In this document: positions 27,374-37,292 of the stretch, piece after piece
Layout: each line of letters opens with the position of its first letter
Position numbering within the stretch: the stretch's first letter is position 1
Origin: a bacterium
GTDB lineage: Bacteria; UBA8248
Reading direction: 5' to 3'
Assembly (NCBI GenBank): GCA_965207065.1
Contig: OZ242260.1
Coordinates: forward strand, 3,968,001 to 4,032,000
Length of the DNA stretch: 64,000 bases
Notes under the pieces: model-generated
What the model saw: only the letters and a program-made list of their open reading frames with translations
Database searches by the model: none
What the model was told of the DNA's origin: nothing
Position numbers and translations under genes: made by a program

Positions 27374-27582
27374 GGCCTTTGCACAGGCGCGGGGGTCTCG
27401 GACAGGCGCGGGGGCCTGTCCCTACGGGCGGAGCAGGCCTTCATTTGTCATTGCGGCCTACGGCCCTGTAGGGGCCGGCCATCCCGAGGGGAATGCCCGT
27501 TGAAAAAGACTTCGCCAAGGGGGGTGGGGGGGTTGCTACTCCGACGAGGGGTTTTCAACACCCCCGCCTTGGCCGGGTCGGA

Positions 27583-27891
27583 TTACCCGGTTCGCTCGAT
27601 GAGCGCGCGCAGGGCCATGCGGCTCTCGGACTGCTCGGCGATGAGTTCGCGCAGGGCCGCCATGGACTCCTCGTGCTTCGCCATCGTCTCCTCGTGCCTT
27701 CGTTCGGAGTCGACCATCGACTTGTCGTGCCTGGCCATCGCCTCATCGTGCTTGCGCTGGGAATCGGCGGAGCGCCTGTCGGAACCCCTGGCCATCTCGC
27801 GGATGCCGTAGTAGATGAGCGCGAGGCCGCCGTAGGAGGCGACGAGGTTCAGGTAGGCGGCGATGAGATTGAGGTATTCGTACGTCGTCAT
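27583..27891 (-). CDS. Small single-TM coiled-coil protein, paralog 3 (102 aa)
   Basis: MTTYEYLNLIAAYLNLVASYGGLALIYYGI...HEESMAALRELI...LIERTG; promoter TTGACG(27960-27965)-N18-TATAGT(27936-27941). Confidence 0.8.
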   Translation of the reverse strand: MTTYEYLNLIAAYLNLVASYGGLALIYYGIREMARGSDRRSADSQRKHDEAMARHDKSMVDSERRHEETMAKHEESMAALRELIAEQSESRMALRALIERTG

Positions 27892-28217
27892 GCTCTTGCT
27901 CCGGGGTGGGCCACGCATAACTCTCGTGGATTGCTACTATAAAAAGAGAAAATGCGCTTCGTCAAACGCTCGTTTCCCGGTCGCTTCTTCCCGTCGTGGC
28001 GGTCGTGCGCGCGTGGTAGGGCGTTCCTCGATACGGCGATGGAGAATTCCGGCCCGTAGCCGGACAGGCGCAGGAGCCTGTCCGGGGTCGCGACCTGTCC
28101 TTATCAAAAACGCGACGGAATTGTAGGGGCGGGCCCCTGTGCCCACCCGCCCCACATGGTTGTCCTTCGTAAAACGGCGGTATCGGACAGATTGCGACAC
28201 TTCCTTATGACCCCCCC

Positions 28218-29288
28218 CTACCCCGCCTTGACGTTGCGCCGCGCCTGCACGAACACCACCGTGAGCACGATGATGGCCTGGAAGACGAACACCGCCGCCC
28301 CCGGCAGTCCGATGCTGCGCTGGAGCGAATCCGAACCCGACACCAGCACCGCGAACACCGCGGCGGCTATCGTGACGCCCAGGGGGTTGTTGCGCCCGAT
28401 GACGGCTATCAGGATGGCCATCGCCCCGTAGTTGGGCGCGCCCTCCGCCCCGCTGATGCCGAGCAGGAGGCTCTGGTGGAATCCCGATACCTCGATGGCC
28501 CCGGCCAGTCCCGAGAGCGCGCCGCAGGTCGGCATGATGATGAGCGTGACGCGCGCGACGTTGATGCCGCCGAAGCGCGCGGCGCGCGGGTTGTCCCCCA
28601 CCGCGCGAATCTCGTAGCCGGCGATGGTGCGCGTCATGAAGTAGTACATGCCGACCGCCGCCGCCAGCGCGATGATGAAGCCTGCGTGCGCGCCCGCCCT
28701 CGGCATCACCTGGGGCAGCACGGAGGCGTCCGGGATCGGGAGCGATATGGCCTCTCCCGCCAGCGGGTCGTTCCAGGGGCCGTTCGCGAGGTAGTCCACG
28801 AGGTAGAGCGCGACGAAATTCAGCATCACCGTCACGAAAATCTCGCTCACCTGGAAGCGCACGCGCAGGATGCCGGGGATGAATCCCCAGAACCACCCAC
28901 CCAGGATGCCGCCCAGAAGCCCCAGCGGCACGAAGACCGGCCAGGGGAGGTTCATGCCTTCCAGGGCAAAGGCCGTGCCCGTCATCCCGATCGCGCCCGC
29001 GTATATCTGCCCGTCCACGCCGATGTTGAAGTGCCCGCCCCGCATCCCGAAGGCCACCGCGAGCGAGGCGAGCAGGAGCGGGGAGAACTTATTGAGCGTC
29101 TGCGCGAACCCGCCCCACGTGCCGAGCGAGGAGCGAAGGACGGTCCCGAGCGCGACGAGCACGTCGCCGCCGAAGGCCACGATGAAGACGGCCCCGCACG
29201 CCAGCGCCAGCGCGCCCGCCGCCGCGTAGGTGACGGCGAATTCCATCGCCATCTTTTTCTTCTCGCTCACGCTCGCAGGCGCCGCCAT
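28218..29288 (-). CDS. ABC transporter permease (BMP/nucleoside type, CUT2-like)
   Basis: FNIGVDGQ, SEIFVTVMLNF, GYEIRAVGDNPRAA, GRNNPLG. Confidence 0.9.
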   Translation of the reverse strand: MAAPASVSEKKKMAMEFAVTYAAAGALALACGAVFIVAFGGDVLVALGTVLRSSLGTWGGFAQTLNKFSPLLLASLAVAFGMRGGHFNIGVDGQIYAGAIGMTGTAFALEGMNLPWPVFVPLGLLGGILGGWFWGFIPGILRVRFQVSEIFVTVMLNFVALYLVDYLANGPWNDPLAGEAISLPIPDASVLPQVMPRAGAHAGFIIALAAAVGMYYFMTRTIAGYEIRAVGDNPRAARFGGINVARVTLIIMPTCGALSGLAGAIEVSGFHQSLLLGISGAEGAPNYGAMAILIAVIGRNNPLGVTIAAAVFAVLVSGSDSLQRSIGLPGAAVFVFQAIIVLTVVFVQARRNVKAG

Positions 29289-29289
29289 A

Positions 29290-30849
29290 TCAGGAAACCT
29301 CTCCTTCTTTCTGCCCCGCCATCAGGGCGCCTATCTGGTAGATGTCGTATTCGGGGCCGTCGAAGGTGCCCAGAATCTCGCCCGCGTAGATGACGACGAT
29401 GCGGTCGCTCATCTGGCAGAGTTCGTCCAGGTCTTCTGAAATCAGCAGGACGCCCGCGCCGCCCGCGCGAAGCTCCCGCAGCCGGCCGTGCACGAACGAG
29501 GCGGCCATGACGTCGAGACCGCGCGTTGGGTTGTTGGCGATCATCGCCTTCCCACCCGTCCTGTGGGCGAGCATGACCGCGCGCGCCACGATGGTCTTCT
29601 GGATGTTCCCGCCAGAGAGGTGCGCGGCGGGCACGTGCTCGTTCCGCGCCAGGATGTTGAACTCCGCGATGGCGTTCCTGCCCAACTCATGCGCGGCCTC
29701 GCGCTCGAACACGCCGCGCCGCTTGAAGATGTGCGGGTGGAGTCCCAGCACGAAATTCTCGGCCAGGCTCAGGCCCGGCAGAATCCCCTCCTCTATCCTG
29801 TCCTGCGGCAGGAGGCTCATCCCCCGCGCGATGCGTCCGGCCACCGAAAGGGCGGAGACCTCCTCGCCGCCCAGGTGGACTTCACCTTCTTCTATCTCGA
29901 TGAGTCCGGCCAGGGCTTCGGCCAGTTCCTTCTGGCCGTTTCCCGAGATTCCCGCCATGCCGACGATGAGTCCGCGGGGGACGTCGAAGGCGACGTCGGT
30001 GAGCGGAACCCCCGACTTCGCCGAGGTGCGCACCCCCCGTACGGAAAGGGCGGGGTCTCCCTCACGCGCCGCCGAGGGTCCGGTCGGCCGCTCGCCCACG
30101 GGCGGCATGCCGCGCTCGCCCATCATCATCTGCACGAGCCTGTCGCGGGTGGCCTCCTCGCGGGGGATGGTGTCGATCTTGCGGCCGCCGCGGAACACGG
30201 TAATCCTGTCGCAGTTGTCCAGGACCTCCTGGATCTTGTGCGTGATGAAGACCACCGTCAGCCCCCCCTTGGCGAAGGATTTCAGTATGGCGAACAGCCC
30301 GTCCACCTCGTGAGGGGTCAGCATGGTCGTCGGCTCATCCAGAATCAGGATGTCCGCGCCGTGGTAGAGCGCCTTCAGGATTTCGACCTTCTGCTGAATC
30401 CCTGCGGGAAGGGTTTTCACCTGCTCGTCGAGCGGGATGGAGAGGCCGTAATTCGCAGCCAGCTCTTCCACGGAGGCGCGCTGGGCGTCCACGTCGAGCC
30501 TCCAGCGCGAGCCTTCCCTGCCCAGCAGAATGTTCTCGAGCGCCGTGAAGTTGCCGATCAGCTCCACGTGCTGGTGAACCATCCCGACGCCGACCGCGAT
30601 CGCATCCTGCGGCGAGTGGATATCCACCTCACGCCGGTCGACCACTATCTGGCCCTCGTCCAAGCGGTAGAGGCCGCTCAGGATGTTCATGAGCGTGGTC
30701 TTGCCCGCGCCGTTCTCCCCCAGGAGGGCGTGAATCTCCCCCTTGGCGGCCTCGAAGTCCACGGCGTCCAATGCGCGGACTTCCCCGAAGGACTTGCTGA
30801 CACCGTACATTTCGACGCAAGGGACGTGTTTCGCCGTCATCGCTTTCAT
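29290..30849 (-). CDS. ABC transporter ATP-binding protein (double NBD, nucleoside/sugar type)
   Basis: GENGAGKTT, ILDEPT, LSGGNIQK, PTRGLDV, ISEDLDE. Confidence 0.93.
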   Translation of the reverse strand: MKAMTAKHVPCVEMYGVSKSFGEVRALDAVDFEAAKGEIHALLGENGAGKTTLMNILSGLYRLDEGQIVVDRREVDIHSPQDAIAVGVGMVHQHVELIGNFTALENILLGREGSRWRLDVDAQRASVEELAANYGLSIPLDEQVKTLPAGIQQKVEILKALYHGADILILDEPTTMLTPHEVDGLFAILKSFAKGGLTVVFITHKIQEVLDNCDRITVFRGGRKIDTIPREEATRDRLVQMMMGERGMPPVGERPTGPSAAREGDPALSVRGVRTSAKSGVPLTDVAFDVPRGLIVGMAGISGNGQKELAEALAGLIEIEEGEVHLGGEEVSALSVAGRIARGMSLLPQDRIEEGILPGLSLAENFVLGLHPHIFKRRGVFEREAAHELGRNAIAEFNILARNEHVPAAHLSGGNIQKTIVARAVMLAHRTGGKAMIANNPTRGLDVMAASFVHGRLRELRAGGAGVLLISEDLDELCQMSDRIVVIYAGEILGTFDGPEYDIYQIGALMAGQKEGEVS

Positions 30850-30907
30850 CCATTCCAGGCGCCCCGCCCCGCTCGGAAAATCGGGGAGGGGCGCCCACGC
30901 CTTCTGT

Positions 30908-31909
30908 TTATTTCGCCAACATGACTTTCTTCATCACGAGCCTGGGCTTGATCGCTCCGGAGCGTATTTTCATATACGCCTCTTTCGTTCTCTTCATGGC
31001 CTCGGCCGATACGTTCCCCAGAGATTCGATCTCGAACCCGACGCCGGGGCGCATGGGCACGTATCCCCCGGGAGACCCCTTCAGGATTCCCGCCAGGGCT
31101 TTCTGGTAGGGTGGCCGGAAATCGATGATCAGCGTGCCGGCGAAGTGCTTGGGCGCCTTGTCCGTCTTGTCGGTGTAGAACGTGGTGACCAGCACCTTGC
31201 GCTTCGACTTCTTGGCGGCTTCGACGACGCCGTACACACCCAGGTTCACCATGTTGATGATGAAGTCGACGCCGCCGGCGATCATGGCGTCGGCGGTCTG
31301 GCGCGCCTTGACCGGATCGTTCTGGTTGCCGGTGAAGGCGTAGGTGAGTTGCGCCTTGGGGTTGGTCGCCTTGAGCGCATCGGAGATGGTGTTGATGGAA
31401 GCCTTGAAATCAGGAAGCGGTATTCCCGCGATGACGCTCACCTTGTTCGTCTTCGTCGCGAGGCCGGCCAGCACCCCGAAGGGATAGAAGGCCTCGTAAT
31501 AGTGGCGGTGAATGTTCCAGACGTTCTTGGGAACCTTGAACTTGCCCGAACTCTCCATGATGAAGGTCACCTCGGGAAATTTCGGCGCCAGCTTCTGTAC
31601 GAGCCTGACGTACTGCCCGCCGTGGAAGCCGATGATGGTGAAGCCCGAGGAGATGTACTCGCGCGCCACCCGCTCGGCGTCCGCAGGCGAGATGCGCTCG
31701 GAGTAGGAGGTTTCGATCTTGAACCTCTTCTTGATGTCCTGGGCGACCTCATAGCCCCTGAAGTTGTAGTCCGCATCCTCGATGGGTCCGGGCAGGATGA
31801 TGGCGAACTTGTGGGCCTTCGCGGCGAGCGCCGGGCCGGGCGCGATCAGGCCAAGGGCCGCGAGCGCGGCGGCGGCGAAGAACAATCGGCGTGTCCATTT
31901 GGTTTTCAT
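30908..31909 (-). CDS. BMP family ABC substrate-binding protein
   Basis: RR-containing signal peptide, PGPIEDADYN, YAFTGNQNDPVKA; AAGGAGG RBS. Confidence 0.8.
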   Translation of the reverse strand: MKTKWTRRLFFAAAALAALGLIAPGPALAAKAHKFAIILPGPIEDADYNFRGYEVAQDIKKRFKIETSYSERISPADAERVAREYISSGFTIIGFHGGQYVRLVQKLAPKFPEVTFIMESSGKFKVPKNVWNIHRHYYEAFYPFGVLAGLATKTNKVSVIAGIPLPDFKASINTISDALKATNPKAQLTYAFTGNQNDPVKARQTADAMIAGGVDFIINMVNLGVYGVVEAAKKSKRKVLVTTFYTDKTDKAPKHFAGTLIIDFRPPYQKALAGILKGSPGGYVPMRPGVGFEIESLGNVSAEAMKRTKEAYMKIRSGAIKPRLVMKKVMLAK

Positions 31910-31954
31910 TTCACATTCCTCCTTGATGGGAAAGCACGATATCCCGGACATGGC

Positions 31955-32896
31955 TCAATCCCGGGCTTCACGGTCGTATGGCCTCGTGAGCGCGCGGGGG
32001 CTTTCCGCACCTCGCGCGACCTGGACCAGAACAATCATAGCGAACACGTACGGGAGCATCAGCAAAAACTGCGGCGGTATGAGTTTGGCGTATTGCGGCA
32101 GGGCGTTCACCTTGAACTGGAAGGCGTCCACGTAGGCGAACAGCAGCGCGCCGACGAACGACCAGACCGGCACCCACCGCCCGAATATCACCAGCATCAG
32201 GGCGAGCCACCCCCTTCCGTTCACGATGTTGTCCGTGAACGAGCCCGATATCACGAGCGGCAGGTATGCGCCCGCGACGCCCAGGAAGAGTCCGCCCACA
32301 GCGCACGCGCCGTAGCGCATCCGGGCGACGTCTATTCCCACCGTGTCCGCCGCGCGCGGGTTTTCCCCGCAGGCGCGCAGCCTCAGGCCCAGCGGCGTCT
32401 TGAAGAGGAAGAAGCTCACCGCCGCGACCAGGAAATAGGATAGATAGACGAGTCCGTTCTGCGCGAAGAAAATCTCGCCAATGAAGGGAATGCTCCCCAG
32501 AAGCGGGATCTGCAACTCTTTTAACGTCGGCACCTGGGGAATGGATTGCACCACGCCCACCGCCAGCCGGTAGATGGTGGGCGATATCCCCAGCCCCAGG
32601 ACGAATATCCCCAGCCCGATGACGATCTGGTTCGCCCGCAGGGTGATGGAGAAATACGCCAGAAGCAGCGTCAGCACGCTCCCCGAGAGCGCCGCGACGA
32701 TGCAGCCGATAATCGCGCTGCCCGAGTAGTAGGTGAGCAGAAAGCCCGTCACCGAACCCAGCGTCACGACCCCCTCGATGCCGACGTTCAGAATCCCCGA
32801 GCGCTCGATGATGGTCTCGCCCAGGCACGCGATGATGAGGGGCGCCATCATGAGCATCGTGAGCTGGAAAAGGGATATGTCGAAAAAAAGGGACAA
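31955..32896 (-). CDS. ABC transporter permease (BMP/nucleoside type); start uncertain (TTG 32896 preferred)
   Basis: ERSGILNVGIEG, GLRLRACGENP, GRGWLAL, LPYV. Confidence 0.9.
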   Translation of the reverse strand: MSLFFDISLFQLTMLMMAPLIIACLGETIIERSGILNVGIEGVVTLGSVTGFLLTYYSGSAIIGCIVAALSGSVLTLLLAYFSITLRANQIVIGLGIFVLGLGISPTIYRLAVGVVQSIPQVPTLKELQIPLLGSIPFIGEIFFAQNGLVYLSYFLVAAVSFFLFKTPLGLRLRACGENPRAADTVGIDVARMRYGACAVGGLFLGVAGAYLPLVISGSFTDNIVNGRGWLALMLVIFGRWVPVWSFVGALLFAYVDAFQFKVNALPQYAKLIPPQFLLMLPYVFAMIVLVQVARGAESPRALTRPYDREARD

Positions 32897-33255
32897 GGAA
32901 GTGCACCCCCGACCTGTGCTGCACACGTGCGAAAAACGCATCCCGATGCACTGCTTTTCGAGAGACTCTGTTGATTATGTACTCGTGGCTTGGCTCTCAG
33001 TATGCCTCATGTGTTTCTCAAATACAAAAGATACAGAATTCGTGTTTCCGGCTCGTTACGCGAATTTCACTCTCCATTGTTCGTTCGTTGACCAAGCCCC
33101 CGCCCGGCCCGCGCATCCCGTTCCCCGTGTAAGCGGATGCGTTGCCCGCCTCGTTCGGTTCATACATAATGCGCGCATTGCAAACGCATCCCGTAATGAA
33201 CCGACTGCCAGGATGGAGTTCGTTTCACTTCTTCGCCAATAAGGAGACCTCCGAG

Positions 33256-33972
33256 ATGGAATTGATCGATCTGAGCATGGAAATTTATCGGGACATGCCG
33301 ATTTACCCGGACCTCCCCGGTCCCTCCCTCACCGTCGATGAAGACTGGGACACTGTGGCCAGGCGCACGGGCTCGATCAACTACGGCGCCCCCATCGTGA
33401 CGAACCACTGCGTCATCTTCATGAGCGATCACACGGGAACGCACATCGACTCCCCCTGGCACAACAACCCCGACGGCTTCACGACCGAGCGCATCCCGAT
33501 CGAATGGTGCATGTCGGACGGCGTCGTCCTCGATTTCACGGATAAAGAGTCAGGCTACGCCATCACGGCGGCGGACCTGGAAGGCGCGCTCGAGAAAATC
33601 GACTACACCCTCAAGCCGCTCGACATCGTGCTCATCCGCACCGACGCGAGCGTGGACTGGCAGACGAACCCCGACTACACCATGAACCAGCCCGGCATGA
33701 GCGCGGAGGCGACCCACTACCTCATCGACAACGGTATCCGCGTGATGGGGATCGACGCGAGCGGCTGGGACGTGCCGATCTGGAAGATGCACGAGACGCG
33801 CAGCTACTGGGAGGCCCACCGGGTCATGCTGGAAAAAGACTACTGCCACATCGAGAACATGATAAACCTGAACCTGATACCCAAGTCCCACGGGTTCAAG
33901 CTCTCGGTGCTGCCCATCAAGTTCCGCGGCATGTCGGGCTCCCCCATTCGCGCGGTGGCTATCATCGAGTAG
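33256..33972 (+). CDS. Cyclase family metallo-hydrolase (kynurenine formamidase/KynB-like)
   Basis: IDLS, HTGTHIDSPWH, DIVLIRT, MGID, H...IEN, GSPIRAVA. Confidence 0.88.
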   Translation: MELIDLSMEIYRDMPIYPDLPGPSLTVDEDWDTVARRTGSINYGAPIVTNHCVIFMSDHTGTHIDSPWHNNPDGFTTERIPIEWCMSDGVVLDFTDKESGYAITAADLEGALEKIDYTLKPLDIVLIRTDASVDWQTNPDYTMNQPGMSAEATHYLIDNGIRVMGIDASGWDVPIWKMHETRSYWEAHRVMLEKDYCHIENMINLNLIPKSHGFKLSVLPIKFRGMSGSPIRAVAIIE

Positions 33973-33997
33973 CCCCCGGGCAACTGGAGCGAGTGAA

Positions 33998-35554
33998 ATG
34001 GCGCTGGCCGTCCGCGTCCTGGCAGGCGCGTACCACGATTCGGTGAAGCTCATGCGCATCAGCGCCGCCGCTTCCGGGAGGCCGGGCGTCCGGGGGGCGG
34101 TGGCCCTCATGGGCACGCCGATGAACCTGGAGCAACTCGCAGCGAGCGGCCTGCTCGCGGAAGAAGCGAAAGGCGCCGGACCGAACGACCTCGTCCTCGT
34201 CGTGGATGCGGACGCTCCGGAGACGGCGCAAGAAGAGCTCACCATGATGGAAGCGGCGCTCACCGCCCCCCGCACAAGCGGCGGAGCGGGCCCGCTCGCG
34301 AACCTCTCCGCACCCACACTCGACGCAGCCCTGGCTGATGACCCCGGCATCAACCTCGCCCTTTTCTCGCTTCCCGGCCCAAGCGTGCGCCGGGAAGCCG
34401 AGCACGCAATCAGAAAAGGCCTCCACAGCCTCATCTTCAGCGACAACGTATCTCTTGAAGACGAGGTGGCGCTCAAGCGAATGGGGCGCGATAAGGACTT
34501 GCTCGTCATGGGTCCCGACTGCGGCACCGCGCACATCGGCGGTGTGGGACTCGGGTTTTGCAACGTGGTGCGTCCGGGCGGAATCGGCATCGTCGGCGCC
34601 ACCGGCACGGGGATTCAGGAGGCCATGGCCGCCATCGACGCATGCGGCGGCGGAATCTCCTGCGCCCTGGGCACCGGCGGACGGGACGTGTCCGACGCCG
34701 TCGGCGGCCTCGCCATGATCCAGGCTATCGAGACTTTATCCGAGGATGCGGCGACGGAGGTTCTCCTCGTTCTCGGCAAACCACCCGAGCCCGCCGCGAT
34801 GGGAAAAGTGCTCGAAGCGGCTGCGCAGTGCGCGAAGCCCGTCGTCGCCCATTTCGTCGGCGGCCATAGCGAGGACATCCTTGCGCATGCCGGTCTTCAC
34901 CCGGCGGATTCGCTGGCTGAAGCGGGGGGGCTCGCCGTCTCGCTGGGCGGTGGGCGCGCCGACGCTGCGGCGCCTGCTCTCGACTCCGAAACGAGAGAAA
35001 GAATCGCTGTATGGAGCCGCGCTCGCGACAGGAACCGCCGGTTCCTGCGCGGCGTCTACACGGGCGGAACGCTTTGCGCCGAGGCGCAGGCCATCGTCGG
35101 AAGGACGATTCCGGGGATTCGCTCCAACGCGCCTCTCGACAAGAGCCATGGCGCAATGGCCGACCCCATGAGATCGCAGGGCCATTCAGTCGTAGATATG
35201 GGCGACGATCTCTTCACGCGGGGAAAACCCCACCCCATGATTGACCCCGCGCCCAGAAGCGCGCGTATCCTTCAGGAAGCCCGCGACACCGAGACGGCGG
35301 TGGTGCTCTTCGATGTCGTCCTGGGCCTGGGCGCGCATGAAGACCCGGCGGGTGAAACCGCCATAGCTATAGAGAGAGTGCGGGAATCGAGTCCCGATGT
35401 CTTGTTTATCGCCTCCGTCACGGGCACCGGGGGCGACCCGCAGGGTCTGGCGGGCCAGCGCGCCAGACTGGCCAGGGCCGGCGCCCTGGTGGCGGACACA
35501 CATGCCGGGGCCTGTCTCGCCGCCGCTGCCGCGCTCGAGGGTCTGGACGGATGA
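33998..35554 (+). CDS. fdrA: FdrA/YahF (succinyl-CoA synthetase alpha-like; oxamate carbamoyltransferase AllF-like)
   Basis: YHDSVKLM, MGTPMN, FSDNV, MGPDCGT, GTGGRD, GGTLC, FTRGKPHPMIDP, LGLGAHEDPAG. Confidence 0.9.
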   Translation: MALAVRVLAGAYHDSVKLMRISAAASGRPGVRGAVALMGTPMNLEQLAASGLLAEEAKGAGPNDLVLVVDADAPETAQEELTMMEAALTAPRTSGGAGPLANLSAPTLDAALADDPGINLALFSLPGPSVRREAEHAIRKGLHSLIFSDNVSLEDEVALKRMGRDKDLLVMGPDCGTAHIGGVGLGFCNVVRPGGIGIVGATGTGIQEAMAAIDACGGGISCALGTGGRDVSDAVGGLAMIQAIETLSEDAATEVLLVLGKPPEPAAMGKVLEAAAQCAKPVVAHFVGGHSEDILAHAGLHPADSLAEAGGLAVSLGGGRADAAAPALDSETRERIAVWSRARDRNRRFLRGVYTGGTLCAEAQAIVGRTIPGIRSNAPLDKSHGAMADPMRSQGHSVVDMGDDLFTRGKPHPMIDPAPRSARILQEARDTETAVVLFDVVLGLGAHEDPAGETAIAIERVRESSPDVLFIASVTGTGGDPQGLAGQRARLARAGALVADTHAGACLAAAAALEGLDG

Positions 35555-36969
35555 ACGCGAAAAATTTGCTTGAGGGCGTCCGCGTCGTCAACGTCGGCGT
35601 GGCGTTGTTTGCGGAGAGTATCGCCGCGCAGAACGCCCCCGTGGTGCAGGTGGACTGGCGTCCCCCCGCCGGAGGAGATCCCGAAATGATCGAACACCTC
35701 GACCGACTGTCGGTTTGTGATGCGGCCAACGACGACGCCATCGAGCGCCTTCAGGCCGCAAGACCCGTATGGGTGGACATCGGCTTCGCGATAGAAGACA
35801 TCCCCGGCATGGGCGAGCGCGCCCTCTTGCACGCAGGCCCTCCCATCTCCTGGGAGAGAATGTCGGGTCCCCTGCGCGGCGCGATGGTCGGCGCGGCGCT
35901 TCTCGAGGGCTGGGCGAACGATGCGAAGGCGGCGGAAAAATTGTGCGCGAGCGGGGAAATTTCCTTCGAGCCTTGTCACCACCACTCGACAGTGGGGCCG
36001 ATGGCCGGCGTGGTCTCGCCCTCGATGCCGGTGAGCATCATCGAAAACCGTGCGCCCGAAGAACTCGGAGGCGGCGGGAGGGCCTACTGCACGCTGAACG
36101 AGGGCCTGGGCAAGGTGCTGCGCTACGGGGCGTACTCGCCGGACGTTCTGGCGCGCCTCAGATGGATGTCGGACGAACTCGCCCCCGCACTGCGCGCGGC
36201 ATTGCGAGCCATGCCCGATGGCCTGGACATCAAGAACGTCATCGCGCGCGCCCTCCAGATGGGCGATGAGGCGCACAACCGGAACGTCGCGGCCACTTCG
36301 ACAGTCGCCCGCACCCTTATGCCATACCTCGCGGAGACAGTGAGCGATACGAAGGTCATCACCCGCGTGGCGGAATTTCTTGCGGGCAACGATCACTTCT
36401 TCCTGAATCTCGCGATGCCGGCCGCCAAGGCGAGTCTGGACACCATGGCGGGCATCGAGGGGTGTTCCCTGGTCTACGCCATGTCGCGCAACGGCACGGA
36501 TTTCGGCATCAGGGTCGCCGGTCTGGGAGATGCCTGGTTCACGGCGCCCGCGAAGCATCCCGTGGGGCTGTTCTTCCCCGGCTACTCGCAGGATGACGCC
36601 AACCCGGACATCGGCGATTCCGCCATCATGGAAACGCTCGGCGTCGGCGGCTTCGCCATGGCAGCGGCGCCCGCCATCGTCGAGTTCGTGGGCGGCTCGA
36701 CGGCCGAGGCCTTCCAGGCGACGAACGAGATGTACGGCATCACCTGGGCGAGGAGCCGTGACTACACCCTGCCCGCCCTTGATTTCGCGGGCGTGCCGAC
36801 CGGCATCGACGTGCGCCAGGTGATCGAGACGGGCATCTACCCCGTCATCAACACCGGCATCGCCCACCGCGAGCCGGGCGTCGGACAGATAGGCGCAGGC
36901 GTTCTCCGCGCGCCCGAAGCGCCGTTTCAAAAGGCCTTCGAAGCCCTCGTCGAGAAGTATACGGGGTAG
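35551..36969 (+). CDS. DUF1116 family protein (YlbE/YahG; AllG-like)
   Basis: VDWRPPAGG, LLHAGPP, VGPMAG, NEGLGKVLRYGA, MGDEAHNRN, NDHFFLN, DIGDSAIMET, INTGIAH, GQIGAG. Confidence 0.92.
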   Translation: MNAKNLLEGVRVVNVGVALFAESIAAQNAPVVQVDWRPPAGGDPEMIEHLDRLSVCDAANDDAIERLQAARPVWVDIGFAIEDIPGMGERALLHAGPPISWERMSGPLRGAMVGAALLEGWANDAKAAEKLCASGEISFEPCHHHSTVGPMAGVVSPSMPVSIIENRAPEELGGGGRAYCTLNEGLGKVLRYGAYSPDVLARLRWMSDELAPALRAALRAMPDGLDIKNVIARALQMGDEAHNRNVAATSTVARTLMPYLAETVSDTKVITRVAEFLAGNDHFFLNLAMPAAKASLDTMAGIEGCSLVYAMSRNGTDFGIRVAGLGDAWFTAPAKHPVGLFFPGYSQDDANPDIGDSAIMETLGVGGFAMAAAPAIVEFVGGSTAEAFQATNEMYGITWARSRDYTLPALDFAGVPTGIDVRQVIETGIYPVINTGIAHREPGVGQIGAGVLRAPEAPFQKAFEALVEKYTG

Positions 36970-37046
36970 CCTTTCAGGGCTGTTCAGAGCAAGAAAAAAC
37001 ACTCATTTTCGTTCGCGTAAAACGCTCGCTCCTCGCTTGCGTTTGA

Positions 37047-37292
37047 CTATCTTGTTCGCTCGATGAGTTCGCGCAGGGACGCCATAGACTCCTCGTGCCT
37101 GCGGAGCCCTTCTTCTTCCCTGCGGCGGGATTCTGCCATCGCTTCAGCGTGTTTGCGCTCGGAGTCGGCTGCGCGTATCTCGGCGCCATTCGCCATGACG
37201 CGGATGCCGTAGTAGATGAGCGCGAGGCCGCCGTAAGAGGCAATGAGGTTGAGGTAGGCCGCGATGAGGTTGAGGTGTTCATACGTCGTCAT
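37047..37292 (-). CDS. Small single-TM coiled-coil protein, paralog 4 (81 aa)
   Basis: MTTYEHLNLIAAYLNLIASYGGLALIYYGI...HEESMASLRELIERTR; promoter TTGACG(37365-37370)-N18-TATAGT(37341-37346). Confidence 0.8.
   Translation of the reverse strand: MTTYEHLNLIAAYLNLIASYGGLALIYYGIRVMANGAEIRAADSERKHAEAMAESRRREEEGLRRHEESMASLRELIERTR

Noticed and set aside
17617-37292. Diversity-generating retroelement template/variable repeats among the paralogs
   Set aside because: The differences are not adenine-specific and no reverse transcriptase is present.
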